A stretch of 63,424 nt of DNA, counting the filler. It is 19 parts of 19 records of this genome, joined end to end, with 100 filler letters (N's around TTAATTAATTAA, not from the genome) between each part and the next. Parts side by side here need not be neighbours in the genome. Positions count along the whole stretch, not along the records: positions 1 to 2,953 come from SRR16133337_59977; positions 3,054 to 6,305 come from SRR16133337_60143; positions 6,406 to 13,475 come from SRR16133337_60586; 16 more parts are not named here. One strand, given 5' to 3'. Below the pieces are notes generated by a model, which had not been told where the DNA came from, did no database searches, and saw only the letters and a list, made by a program, of their open reading frames with translations. Of this stretch, positions 1-10,973 are shown in pieces. Within the stretch, counting starts at the first letter, position 1. Each line of letters begins with the position of its first letter. Position numbers and translations under genes: made by a program.

Positions 1-2953
1 TCCGAATTAAGATGTTTTAAAATTATATATTGAAAATTCTTAATGTCAATGGAGTGAAAAAAAACTGTGTAAAGTGACCACTGGTGTGGTTTGTGTGAGG
101 ATGGCAAGGGGACATGACAAGCATGTGAGTAAAATTGAAAAGAAAAGTGAGAAAGATTTTTGACAAAACAGGCGTTCGCAACATTTGGCTTGCTGTAGCG
201 GGATTGACAAGTGCTCTTTCAACACGAATAGTACAAAATGCCAGTTGGCTCACTTGCAAAATAAAACCGTTCCAAAATCGCTGCTTCTTATGCTCACTCT
301 TGAGTTATTTTTTTTTTCCACCTTGTCACAAGGGGCGGAACCGCATTTGGGCCTTCCAACCACAAAAACATGGGACAAACCCACCTTCCAACAATGGTAG
401 AATAATTGTCTTGTGTTCAGGCATTTGGTTCTGCGATCATCTGACTCTTGAAATCGAGATTTAATTTCGAGTTTTTTACTGGCTGAAATTTTTCCCCAGC
501 ACTGTAGGAAAACATTCGAGAAAAATGTAAAAATGACAAAGAATCAATGTAAAGGATGCGCCCATTTTAGGGGTTTTGAAAAAGGTCGCGTTTCACGAAC
601 GAAACATTTTTCCAAAAGGGCATCCTTTGGTCAAGGTGCCTATGTCTGTGACTCTCTGTAGAAAGTTTACACTGGTTCTTTCTGAACCAATGGAGGATTC
701 ATTGTCGGAAGCATTCTACCTTTGTGAGTTTAGTGTCTGATTTGGTTCTATTTGCTGTGATAGGGTCGGAAAGGGCAAAATTTTGATCGTAAAGCTGTTA
801 TGGAAGAGTGTGACAGCAAAATTTGGACGTCAAAATTAATGCAGCTCTACAAGAAAGATGTGAACCGGTCAACTCTTAACAACCCTTCTGAAATAGCTGG
901 TGTTTGGACGTGGATGATTTGCAATGGTAATAGGAATTCCTTGTCTGCAGTGTTGCTGAGAAAAGATGGCACCTTATACAAAGTAGCAGGTAAAGTACAT
1001 TGCCAACCAGAGGACTGAGTGGCCAACAACTATTTTCTTTTTGCGAATATGAAAATTTTTTATTGACCGGTTAGGTTTACAACAGGCTTCAGCCTGGCCG
1101 GGGGGAAATTTGAAAATCACATTCTTGGGCACTAATCCCCGCGAGAAAAACCGTAAAACTGCATGAAATCTCAAGTAAAACATGAAAACAAAAAATTTTG
1201 ACTCAAAAGGTGACATTTTCGATGCACAATAATTCGCGAATTTGGATATTTTTGGCAAAATTAGACCTTTTTCGAGCAGGCACATCTCCTGACCGGGCAA
1301 TAAAAATTTGTAATATTCTTCAAGAAAACTGAATGTAAAACTCTCTTTGTGTTCAAATTCTCCCACTAAGCAATATCTCAAATGATTTATCACCTATTGT
1401 ACAATTTTCTGTCATTCTTCGCTCTGACCCTCCACCACCCAGCCCACCGCGACAACAACAAACTTCCCTGGTACTGTAGAACTTGAAGACTTACTTTGTG
1501 AAAATGTTTGCAAGGTTCTTGTTTTGTAGAAGTGAAAGTGTGCACGGTGCGTGAGTTTTTGAAGTCCGACAAATTGTCTTCACCAAACTATGGAAAGCAA
1601 CCTAAAATCAAATGTTGTTGCCTGCAGTCAACCTGGCTGTCACAGTGTTATCATTGGTGAAGAGAATTTGAGTTCGTTTGGGTGATTGGAAAGACTTTGT
1701 GATTGGCACTAGCACGTGTTGAATGTGTCAAAATGAATTTTTGCAAATCGGAGCTCTTTTTATTCACATCACACTCAGTCATACTACAGATTTCACAAAG
1801 AAACAAAGAAAATAAAATGAAACGACAAGCCAGTGTGAAAATGTTCACAAATACTTTCAATTTTTTGGCTCGGTTCAGCTTTTAAAGTGTCGTTAAAAAA
1901 TCCATTCAGATGCTTTTTTGGCGCACTGTTTCTTCACTTTAAAGCATATCTTGTGAAGAAAAACTATGCGAAACCCAGCTTGGCCATACGTGGGTTTTTT
2001 CAACCACACCAGGAGTAACTTCGGAGCCGCCTCGGGGCCGCTTCAAACACCAACAAAGAAAATCACGCCAGCAAACCGATTGGTTAGTTACTCTTTGTGG
2101 TCAAAGAAGCATCTGAATGGATTTTTTTAATAATGCCAAGTACATGGGATGCTCCTCCAACTTACCTGAACAAAGGGTGCATCGGAACTGTTTTTTGAGC
2201 TGCCGGTTTCTGACAATAGTAGCTGGTGCAATTTTGTGAAAACTGAATCGGAAATAATTTAAATTTTCTTGAACTCTGAATTGATGTGTGGATCGAAAAA
2301 ATTGACATGGCAGTGCACAGCAACAGAGTTCCCCCTTACACCGGAAAGAGTGTAAGCTGACATAAAAATTGTCACTTGTATGAACTAATGTTATCAATTT
2401 ATTAGGTGGAGCTGAAGGTACTTGGGGTGTTTGTGGCAATGTGTTAATCATGCTCATGTCTGTGACAGAATATGGAGAAACATTTACGAACACTTATAAA
2501 TGTGAGATGAATTCAAAGCGAAATGTTTTTATTGGAATTTGGGCACCTTCTGGCAGACGATTTTATGGGTGGAGATGAGTTGATGGTGAAACAATGATTG
2601 GGTTTGCATTGATATTAAGTGTTTTTTAGGTTTGATGTTCAATGAAAGTAAAGTTGTAGTGTTAGCTGTAAAAATGTACACACTGCTGAATTTCTGACTG
2701 AAATTTTTGAGGACAGTTTATGTAGTGGTGTGGAGTAAAATTTGATCGACCTCTTTAATTTAGAGCAAAGTTTTAGCAACGTAGCATGCATACCTATCAA
2801 TGAACTATGGATTTCGAAAGCATTTTATATTTATTGTCACACATATTTTTTGTGTGTTCATTCATGTGCAGTCGAGGAACAAGTCACAATCTAAAATCAA
2901 CAAAGCCGGCAAATTTGCATTGGTTGAAGCACCGAAAGTTCTTTCGGTTTCAT

Positions 2954-3053
2954 NNNNNNNNNNNNNNNNNNNNNNNNNNNNNNNNNNNNNNNNNNNNTTA
3001 ATTAATTAANNNNNNNNNNNNNNNNNNNNNNNNNNNNNNNNNNNNNNNNNNNN
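2954..3053. other. Artificial contig linker N44-TTAATTAATTAA-N44 (first of 18; others start at 6306, 13476, 15987, 18673, 23393, 25511, 28613, 36356, 38484, 41216, 43441, 46228, 48847, 51318, 54872, 57001, 59970)
   Basis: Identical 100-bp structure each time, stop codons in all frames; genes are cut off at these points. Confidence 0.99.
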
Positions 3054-3099
3054 TCACTGTTTCACAACAAGACTGCATGACAACCAAATGGAATATCAT

Positions 3100-3951
3100 T
3101 TAAGAAGTTGATAAAGAAATGGTATCAATTAACCGGATTGAACCTGCAAAAACAGTGATAAATGCTCTGTATTTTATAGTAGGTTTTTTTTCTGAACTAG
3201 CTTTAAGGGTTGTTTCATCCGCAATTTCAAAGTATTCCAATTCCAATAAGGGATGCTTTTTAAATTCGGCAGAGACCCAAGTATTTATTTCAAGAATTGA
3301 AGAGGAAGCAAATTTTGACTTTACTTTTTTGAGGGTTTTATAAATAAAGGGAGCCGCCTGTCTTTGTAGTGCTGTAAGACGTAAATTTCTAGAACTCATT
3401 GCCAATCCATCCTCTTCTCTGTAAATGGGACAACATTTTATTTTTACGGGAAGATTTTGTTGTTCTGTAAGTTTTTTAATGATTTGCAGTTGTTGGAAGT
3501 CTTTTTCTCCAAAATACGCATGAGTGGGTTGTATAATCTCAAAGAGTTTTTTGATGATGGTTCCAACACCGTTAAAATGATTGTTTCTATAACCACCTTC
3601 CATTTCGTTTTCTAGCCCATCAAAAGAAAAAGTTTCAGAAACAATCTGATTGTTATAAATCTTTTTTGTAAAAGGAATAAACACAAAATCACAACCTACT
3701 TTTTTTAATAAATTTAGATCTTTTTCAATTGAATTCGGATAATTGAGAAGATCTTCTTGCCTGTCAAATTGTGTTGGATTTACAAAAATACTAACGACCG
3801 AAATCGTATTCTCTGTTTTAGCTTTCTCAATCAAAGAAAGATGTCCTTGGTGTAGTGCTCCCATGGTAGGAACAAGCCCAATTGTTTTATCAGATGATTT
3901 TAAGGAAGTTATAATAGAAGTTATTTCTTCAATTTCTGTGACTACTTTCAT
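3100..3951 (-). CDS. panC: Pantoate--beta-alanine ligase
   Basis: GLVPTMGALHQGH, SIFVNPTQF, YFGEKDFQQL, REEDGLAMSSRN, RLIDT motifs; start moved to ATG 3951 (MKVV) because a -7 promoter box lies at 3976-3983. Confidence 0.97.
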   Translation of the reverse strand: MKVVTEIEEITSIITSLKSSDKTIGLVPTMGALHQGHLSLIEKAKTENTISVVSIFVNPTQFDRQEDLLNYPNSIEKDLNLLKKVGCDFVFIPFTKKIYNNQIVSETFSFDGLENEMEGGYRNNHFNGVGTIIKKLFEIIQPTHAYFGEKDFQQLQIIKKLTEQQNLPVKIKCCPIYREEDGLAMSSRNLRLTALQRQAAPFIYKTLKKVKSKFASSSILEINTWVSAEFKKHPLLELEYFEIADETTLKASSEKKPTIKYRAFITVFAGSIRLIDTISLSTS

Positions 3952-3975
3952 ACTTTCTTTATGGTAAAAGGTGTA

Positions 3976-4023
3976 CAAACTTAGTATTTTAACATGAATT
4001 TAGCATAAAAATTCGTACCTTTG
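3976..4023. promoter_or_regulatory. Divergent Bacteroidota sigma-ABfr -7 boxes (TAAGTTTG on minus strand 3976-3983; TACCTTTG on plus strand 4016-4023)
   Basis: Both match TAnnTTTG and lie just upstream of the two divergent genes. Confidence 0.65.
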
Positions 4024-4057
4024 TGCTTGTTCTATAAAAACAAAAAAGCTTTACCCC

Positions 4058-4867
4058 ATGAAAAATAAGAAAGTTTTATATGTTTCTTCTGAAGTATTAC
4101 CCTACCTACCAGAAACAGAAATGTCATCGATGTCGTTTGAAGCGGCAAAAAAAGCACATCACAAAGGGGTACAAACAAGAATTTTTATGCCACGTTATGG
4201 GGTAATCAATGAAAGAAGATATCAGTTGCATGAGGTAATTCGTTTGTCAGGAATGAATTTAATTGTCAATGATATGGACATGCCATTGATCATCAAAGTA
4301 GCTTCTATTCCTAAAGAGAGAATGCAAGTCTATTTTATTGATAATGAAGAGTATTTTAAACGAAAAGCCACGTTTAAAGATGAAAATAGCGAACTGTTCT
4401 CAGACAATGATGAACGAGCCATATTTTTTGCAAAAGGGGTTATAGAAACGGTTAAAAAATTAAACTGGGCACCCGATATCATTCATGTTCATGGATGGAT
4501 GGCCTCTTTATTACCCTTGTATTTAAAAGAGTATTACAAAGACGACCCTCTGTTCAACGATAGTAAAATTGTAACTTCTTTGTACAGCTCTGATTTTGAA
4601 GGAGCTTTGAATTCTAATTTGATAGACAAAGTGAAATTCGATAATATTTCTGATGATAAAGCAGAAATTTTAAAAGTTCCAAATCATACAAATATCCTGA
4701 AAAGTGCCATTGAAAATTCTGATGGAGTTATTATGGCTAGTGAAGATCTATCTCTTGAATTGTCAGATTTTATTACAAAACAAAATAAACCATCCCTAGA
4801 ATTTCTTCCAGAAGACACATTTGCAGATGCTTATCTAGACTTTTATTCTAAAGAAGTCTTAAATTAA
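4058..4867 (+). CDS. Glycogen/starch synthase-like protein (GT5 N-terminal domain, Bacteroidota type)
   Basis: RIFMPRYGVINERRYQLHEVIRLSGMN, DNDERAIFF, PDIIHVHGW; usual divergent neighbour of panC. Confidence 0.92.
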   Translation: MKNKKVLYVSSEVLPYLPETEMSSMSFEAAKKAHHKGVQTRIFMPRYGVINERRYQLHEVIRLSGMNLIVNDMDMPLIIKVASIPKERMQVYFIDNEEYFKRKATFKDENSELFSDNDERAIFFAKGVIETVKKLNWAPDIIHVHGWMASLLPLYLKEYYKDDPLFNDSKIVTSLYSSDFEGALNSNLIDKVKFDNISDDKAEILKVPNHTNILKSAIENSDGVIMASEDLSLELSDFITKQNKPSLEFLPEDTFADAYLDFYSKEVLN

Positions 4868-4981
4868 AAATTTCCCAAAAAAATTAGAAATGACCCTAAA
4901 AATTTTGAGTGTTATGAAAAAGTTGCGTTTTTTCATAACAGCGACCCCTTTTTTATTACTTGTGAATAAATAGAAATAGTT

Positions 4982-6305
4982 ATGTGTGGAATTACAGGTT
5001 ATATAGGAGGTAGAGATGCTTATCCTATCATTGTAAAAGGTTTGCAAAGACTTGAATATAGAGGTTATGACAGTGCAGGAATCTTGTTGTATGATGGAAA
5101 AGAAGCAAGCATTTTTAAAACCAAAGGGAAAGTTGCTGACTTACAAGCAATCATAAGTGAAAAAAATCAAAAAGGAACCCTTAGTATTGGGCATACAAGA
5201 TGGGCTACTCACGGAGTTCCAAATGATACAAACTCACATCCTCACGTTTCAAATTCTGGAGATTTGACCATCATTCACAATGGAATTATTGAGAACTACG
5301 AGGTCATTAAAAAAGAATTGATAGCAAGAGGTTATCAATTTAAAAGTGATACAGACACAGAAGTACTCATCAATTTGATTGAAGAAGTTCAAAAAGCAAA
5401 TTTATGTAAGCTGGGTAAAGCAGTTCAATTGGCCTTAAATGAAGTTATTGGAGCCTATGCCATTGTTGTTTTTGACAAGAAAAAACCAAATGAACTTGTT
5501 GTCGCTAAATTAGGAAGCCCTCTGGCTATTGGAATCGGTGAAAATAATTCTGAATTTTTTATTGCCTCAGATACCTCTCCATTTATTGAACATACCAAAA
5601 ATGTCATTTATTTGGAAGATGAAGAATTGGCAATTATTAAAAGGGGACGTGATATTCGTGTTCGAAAAATTCATGACGACTCTCAAGTAGCACCTGAAGT
5701 ACAAGCACTGCAATTGAACTTGGCTCAGATTGAAAAAGAAGGTTTTGATCATTTTATGTTGAAAGAAATTTTTGAACAACCCAAAGCAATCAAAGATACC
5801 TATAGAGGAAGATTGCTTCCAAACGAAGGCATTATCAGAATGGCAGGGGTTGATGAATATATTGAAAAATTTAAAAGTACCGATAAAATTATCATAATTG
5901 CTTGTGGAACCTCTTGGCATGCAGGATTAGTAGCAGAATATTTATTTGAAAATCTTGCAAGGGTTTCCGTTGAAGTAGAGTACGCCTCTGAGTTTCGCTA
6001 TAGAAATCCAATCATCACAAACAAAGATGTGGTGATTGCAATTTCTCAATCTGGTGAAACAGCAGATTCTTTGGCGGCTATAAAGATGGCAAAAGCTAAC
6101 GGGGCTTATGTGTTTGGAATAGGGAATGTAGTTGGTTCTTCAATTGCTAGAGCATCTCATTCAGGAGCCTATACACATGCCGGTCCAGAAATTGGAGTCG
6201 CCTCAACCAAAGCATTTACAACGCAAATCACACTCTTGATTTTGATTGCCTTAAAACTAGGAAAAGAAAAAGGAAACTTATCAAATTCTGATTTCCATGC
6301 CTATT
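4982..6305 (+). CDS. glmS: Glutamine--fructose-6-phosphate aminotransferase (3' cut by contig end)
   Basis: MCGI N-terminus, LEYRGYDSAG, GHTRWATHG, HNGIIEN, ISQSGETAD, VASTKAFT. Confidence 0.98.
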
Positions 6306-6405
6306 NNNNNNNNNNNNNNNNNNNNNNNNNNNNNNNNNNNNNNNNNNNNTTAATTAATTAANNNNNNNNNNNNNNNNNNNNNNNNNNNNNNNNNNNNNNN
6401 NNNNN

Positions 6406-6589
6406 TTTCAGCTTGCGAAAAATTTTGAGTTGTTCTGCTTTCTGTTTTTATTTTATTTCCAAAATTGAAAAATCCCTTTTCAAAATCTACTTCAAGAGCA
6501 TATTTTCCATATTTCTTTTGAAATATTTCAGCAGTATTTTCTTTAGGTGTAAATCCTAATATTTCTATGAGTTTTTTGTGTTTCATCAT
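6406..6589 (-). CDS. N-terminal fragment of a probable restriction-modification enzyme (type IIG or fused type I, N6-MTase family), cut by contig end
   Basis: TTQNFSQAE resembles the N-terminus of fused restriction/N6-methylase proteins; directly downstream of an XRE regulator and near GmrSD. Confidence 0.55.
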
Positions 6590-6591
6590 AA

Positions 6592-6915
6592 TTAGAACTT
6601 CATTTCTCCTTGTTTTGCGTTAATTTCTCTTAGATAGTTGGTTTGATTTTCGGCAACAGTAAAAACATTGTCTGAGCAATTATATTCAAAGGCTTCTTTT
6701 GCAAATTTATCAGCGAAATATAGGTCTTTCAGTATTTTGTAATCCATTTCAAAAAGTTTAGATAGTTGTTCTAGTTTTGAAATTGAGAACTTCTTTCTGT
6801 CATTTTCAATACCGCTGATAGCAGGAGTGTTAATTTTAATTAAAGCTCCAAACTCGGTTTGACTCCAACCTCTTTTCTCTCGTTCTGTCTTTATGAATTT
6901 ACCGAAACTTCCCAT
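6592..6915 (-). CDS. XRE-family helix-turn-helix regulator (possible R-M controller)
   Basis: FGKFIKTEREKRGWSQTEFG...ISGIENDRKK HTH_3 pattern. Confidence 0.9.
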   Translation of the reverse strand: MGSFGKFIKTEREKRGWSQTEFGALIKINTPAISGIENDRKKFSISKLEQLSKLFEMDYKILKDLYFADKFAKEAFEYNCSDNVFTVAENQTNYLREINAKQGEMKF

Positions 6916-7066
6916 TTTATAGTATTACTTATTTTCGTTTTATCTATTTTGGGTAAAGTTACTATTTTATATTCATAAGTAAAACATCTTTTACCTACAA
7001 CATTTATATAAGCAATTTTTGTTAATTATAAAAACGATACTCAGCCTAGTTAGAAACCCGAAAATT

Positions 7067-8947
7067 TTATACAGTGTTACCCACTGGCTCTTTTTCCTCA
7101 ATTTGATAGTAATCTGTCGTCCATATTTGTTCACAAATTCGTTTTACCAATCCTTTTCTTTCAGAAATGTCAGTTTTCTTAAAGTCTGAATGAGGTTTAA
7201 AGTCAAGTTCTTTAATGGATTCCGATTTTAGAAAGTTTGGATTTTTTTCGTAGTAATCAGAATGTAGGGTTTGTGTATATGTATTTTCTTTTAAATAGTG
7301 TTTTATTTTTTCTTCGTATTTGTCACTGTTAAAAGATTGATTTGTACCATTTGGAAGGAGGATTAACGCTCCAATTGAATTTCTCCAATTTTGAAAATCC
7401 CATTCCTGTTCAAATTCATCTTTATATTCGTCAAATTTGTTTCCCCATATATGTTCAATCTCAAATTGCTTTCCTTTTGGGTGCTGATAACTTACATAGT
7501 TGTTGTCTTTACCTACAAGATTATCTATGTAGCTTGAAATTCTTGACAATAGGTGTTTCACAAATTTTCTATTTTGACCGTGCAAGCCAAAACTCTTTAT
7601 ACCATCCCATTTTTGGTCAATCTCTATAGTCTCTTTAATTAAGTGATTACCCAAAACAGGTAATTCGTTGTCTCTTATTAGCTTAACAAGATTGAACATT
7701 GTGTATTTTATTGAAGTCTGACTAAATTTTTTGTAATTAATGGCTCTTCGAATTGTAAATGTTTCTATAAACCTTGAAACAAAATCGAGCTTTTTCTGTA
7801 TGGTCTTTTCATCATCTGAAAACTGAATTGATGATAGAAGCAATGGATCTTGTAGCGATTCCGCAATTCCCCAAAAGTTGATATAATGTAAATGTGGGAT
7901 TTCACTTTTAAACTCTACTTGAGCATCCCGACTTTTGGTGTACCATTTCACAAAAAATGGGAATTGATTTTTGAAGAATGAATAAAATTCGTCTGATGTT
8001 TTTAGGTTGAATAATTTTTTGTGATTGTCCTTAAACCAATTGTGAAATTTTGTACCGATTAATTCAAAATCTTGATTTTCAGAACCTGCTTTCCCAGGTC
8101 TTATGCTCATTGCATATTTTCCTCTAAACCAAGATTGAAAAAATGATTGGTCAGCAGTATCTCCATATTCGTGAAGTTGTTGAATTTGGGTTTTCCAAAT
8201 TTCGTTGATTTCGGTTCTTTCGTCCTTAACTGTAATTTTTGAAAGAACATATCCTTTAAGCATTTCAGAAGGTGTAAGATTAAGCCCTCTGTCATTCATT
8301 GCTTCAAAAATCGTATATGCGTTTTCGTCAGAATAGGCTGTTATTTCTACAATGACAACATTTCTAATAAACCAATCTATGAAGTATGGTAATGCTTCTT
8401 CGCTTAATTCCTCTGGAAAAGATTGAGCAATGTCCTCATATCTTTCTATCATATTTTTTACTGTTTCTTCATCTTCTTCTTGTGTTGAGTAAGAACCTTC
8501 CTTAAATAAAGCCTTTAAGCAAGGCTCTCTCAATTCGTCTGTCATATTGAATGACTTGTCCCCATAAGATTCCGAAAAAATCAGATTGCTTATTGATACT
8601 TTTTCTTTGTTTTCAGTTTGTAAGTGGTTTAGATAAATAAGGAATAGAGTTATTGAAGTAATTCTTTGCTGTCCATCAATGATTGATTTTTTCCCATCAT
8701 CGGTATTTGTACTGAATACTACGGGACCTAAATAATAGCTTTGATAGTTTGCTACTGCTGGTCTTTTGTCGGTTGGTTTATAAGATTTTAAAAAGGTAGA
8801 AGTCAAGTCTTCAACGAACAATTTTATATGTTTTTCTTGCCATCGATATTCTCTTTGAAAATAGTCAATATAAAATTTTTGGTCTTTTAATAAGGCACTT
8901 ATGCTCGTGTCAGTTGCCTCAATTCTGTTTTTTAAGTTTTGACTCAT
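7067..8947 (-). CDS. GmrSD-family (DUF262 + DUF1524 HNH) type IV modification-dependent restriction nuclease
   Basis: FQREYRW, IIDGQQRITS, IFEAMNDRGLNL, EIEHIW, SIGALILLPNGTNQSFNS. Confidence 0.92.
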   Translation of the reverse strand: MSQNLKNRIEATDTSISALLKDQKFYIDYFQREYRWQEKHIKLFVEDLTSTFLKSYKPTDKRPAVANYQSYYLGPVVFSTNTDDGKKSIIDGQQRITSITLFLIYLNHLQTENKEKVSISNLIFSESYGDKSFNMTDELREPCLKALFKEGSYSTQEEDEETVKNMIERYEDIAQSFPEELSEEALPYFIDWFIRNVVIVEITAYSDENAYTIFEAMNDRGLNLTPSEMLKGYVLSKITVKDERTEINEIWKTQIQQLHEYGDTADQSFFQSWFRGKYAMSIRPGKAGSENQDFELIGTKFHNWFKDNHKKLFNLKTSDEFYSFFKNQFPFFVKWYTKSRDAQVEFKSEIPHLHYINFWGIAESLQDPLLLSSIQFSDDEKTIQKKLDFVSRFIETFTIRRAINYKKFSQTSIKYTMFNLVKLIRDNELPVLGNHLIKETIEIDQKWDGIKSFGLHGQNRKFVKHLLSRISSYIDNLVGKDNNYVSYQHPKGKQFEIEHIWGNKFDEYKDEFEQEWDFQNWRNSIGALILLPNGTNQSFNSDKYEEKIKHYLKENTYTQTLHSDYYEKNPNFLKSESIKELDFKPHSDFKKTDISERKGLVKRICEQIWTTDYYQIEEKEPVGNTV

Positions 8948-8989
8948 TTATTCTTGATTTCGTTTTGGCTACAGTGTTACCACGCATTT

Positions 8990-9115
8990 TTATTTTAAAA
9001 ATTTGTTTATCTCTTCTGCTATTTCTTTATCAGTTTCGCTAGATTTCTGCTTTTCCAGTGTAGCAATATCTCTTTCGGTTCTGTCAATATTTGATGTTAT
9101 AGATGATATGCTCAT
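8990..9115 (-). pseudogene. 41-aa ORF, probable internally deleted remnant (possibly of a coiled-coil TIR protein)
   Basis: Own translation MSISSITSNIDRTERDIATLEKQKSSETDKEIAEEINKFLK*; bounded by a 13-bp inverted repeat. Confidence 0.45.
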
Positions 9116-9153
9116 TTTCTAATGTGTGGTAACTAAAAGCGAACCGCCAAAGG

Positions 9154-10122
9154 CTATTTATTCAACAATACTTTTGCCACTTCTTTGGCAAAATAGGTAA
9201 TGATCATCGTGGCACCTGCACGTTTCATAGATAGGAGTGATTCCATCATGACACGTTCTCCGTCAATCCATCCTTTTTCTGCAGCGGCTTTGACCATAGC
9301 GTATTCTCCACTTACATTGTAACAAGCAATAGGTTTGTTATAAGTGTTTTTTAGATCTCTAATGATGTCTAAATAAGACAAGGCAGGTTTTACCATTAAA
9401 ATGTCTGCTCCTTCTTCATCATCAAAAGCGGCTTCTCTTAAGCCTTCGTCTCTATTTGCGGGATCCATTTGATAGGTTCTTCTATCTCCAAATGTTGGAG
9501 TAGAATCTGCAGCATCTCTAAAAGGTCCGTAAAATGCAGAAGCGTATTTTACAGAATAACCCATAATGGGCACCTTGTAAAAACCTGTATTATCAAGTGC
9601 TTCTCTAATGGTGGCTATAGCTCCATCCATCATTCCTGAAGGGGCTACCATATCTACTCCTGCTTTGGCATGAGAAATAACTTGTTTGGCAATGTTTACC
9701 AAAGTTGCCTCATTGTCAACATCATTTTCATGAATAACTCCGCAATGTCCATGGTTGGTAGATCCACAAAAACAAACATCTGTAATTACATACAAACTCG
9801 GATAGTTCTTTTTGATAAATCGAATGGCTTGTTGTAGAATTCCATGATCATTCCACGTTTCTGTACCTGCCTCATCTTTTACTTTGGGAATCCCGAAAAG
9901 TAAAACGGCAGGAAGATTTAATGAAACAATTTCCTCTAATTCTGTAGGCAATCGATCTAAAGAAAAACGTTTGATTCCTGGCATGGAAACAATTTCTTTT
10001 TCAATGTTTTCACCTTCTTCAATAAACAAAGGGTAAATCAAATCATCAAGGGTCAATTTATTTTCTTGAACCAAGCGTCTAATTCCTTCAGATTTTCGTA
10101 AACGTCTTGTTCTATTTATCAT
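9154..10122 (-). CDS. hemB: Porphobilinogen synthase
   Basis: [48 protein letters not shown]. Confidence 0.98.
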   Translation of the reverse strand: MINRTRRLRKSEGIRRLVQENKLTLDDLIYPLFIEEGENIEKEIVSMPGIKRFSLDRLPTELEEIVSLNLPAVLLFGIPKVKDEAGTETWNDHGILQQAIRFIKKNYPSLYVITDVCFCGSTNHGHCGVIHENDVDNEATLVNIAKQVISHAKAGVDMVAPSGMMDGAIATIREALDNTGFYKVPIMGYSVKYASAFYGPFRDAADSTPTFGDRRTYQMDPANRDEGLREAAFDDEEGADILMVKPALSYLDIIRDLKNTYNKPIACYNVSGEYAMVKAAAEKGWIDGERVMMESLLSMKRAGATMIITYFAKEVAKVLLNK

Positions 10123-10243
10123 TTTTTTTGTGTTTTAATAATTTCTTTTTTTTAGGCTATAGGCTATAGGCTTTAAGCTTTAAGCTTTTAACCTACAACG
10201 GATAACAGACAACCAAATTTCCATTGAAAACCCAAAGATCTAT

Positions 10244-10903
10244 TTAATTTTTGAATACTGTTTTTACCAATGTAATCACCTCTTCTACAGATGGATTTTC
10301 AGCAATATATACATTTTCAAATTCCATAATGGCTGTAGATGCGGTGGTGTTTCCAATGCAAAAAGCAGTACTCTCTACAGAATTTCCTGCTTTTACATAA
10401 CTTTTTACAGCAGAGGGACTAAAAAATAAAATTCCATCAAATGGAGTTCTTATTTTTGTTTGTATAAATTGTGTTTGGTATACTTCTACTTCTTCTATTC
10501 CCTGTTCTCTCAACAATTCTGATAACTCTTCTCTTCGTAGGTTTCCACAAAAGAAGGTGATCTTTGAGGCAGGCTTTTTTTCCATCAACAACATCGCCAA
10601 TTCTTGAGCGGAATGACTTACAGCGACAACTTTAATTCCAAAACTTTCTAAAAGCTTTGCTGTTTTAGTTCCCACACAAAAAACTTTTTGAAACTTTTCT
10701 GCAACGACTTTACTTTCTCTAAAAACTGCTTTTACGGCATTTTGACTTGTAAAAACAGCACAAGCAACAACTTCTAAAAGTTGTAAATCCTTTTGCAAAA
10801 CAACTTTTATAAAACGCTCTTCCACCAAATCGTAATCTGACAACGCTCCTTTTTGAGAGGGTGATAATTGTTTTGTGGAAAGTATTTTTTTGGGTAAATT
10901 CAT
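10244..10903 (-). CDS. hemD: Uroporphyrinogen-III synthase
   Basis: VFTSQNAV, FCVGTKTA, FFCGNLRR, FFSPSAV, FCIGNTTA; in hem operon. Confidence 0.93.
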   Translation of the reverse strand: MNLPKKILSTKQLSPSQKGALSDYDLVEERFIKVVLQKDLQLLEVVACAVFTSQNAVKAVFRESKVVAEKFQKVFCVGTKTAKLLESFGIKVVAVSHSAQELAMLLMEKKPASKITFFCGNLRREELSELLREQGIEEVEVYQTQFIQTKIRTPFDGILFFSPSAVKSYVKAGNSVESTAFCIGNTTASTAIMEFENVYIAENPSVEEVITLVKTVFKN

Positions 10904-10973
10904 TAATTTTAGTTGAAAGTTAAAAAATTTGAAAGGTTTATCAGTCTGTGAAATTATTTAGCACTCCAAACTT

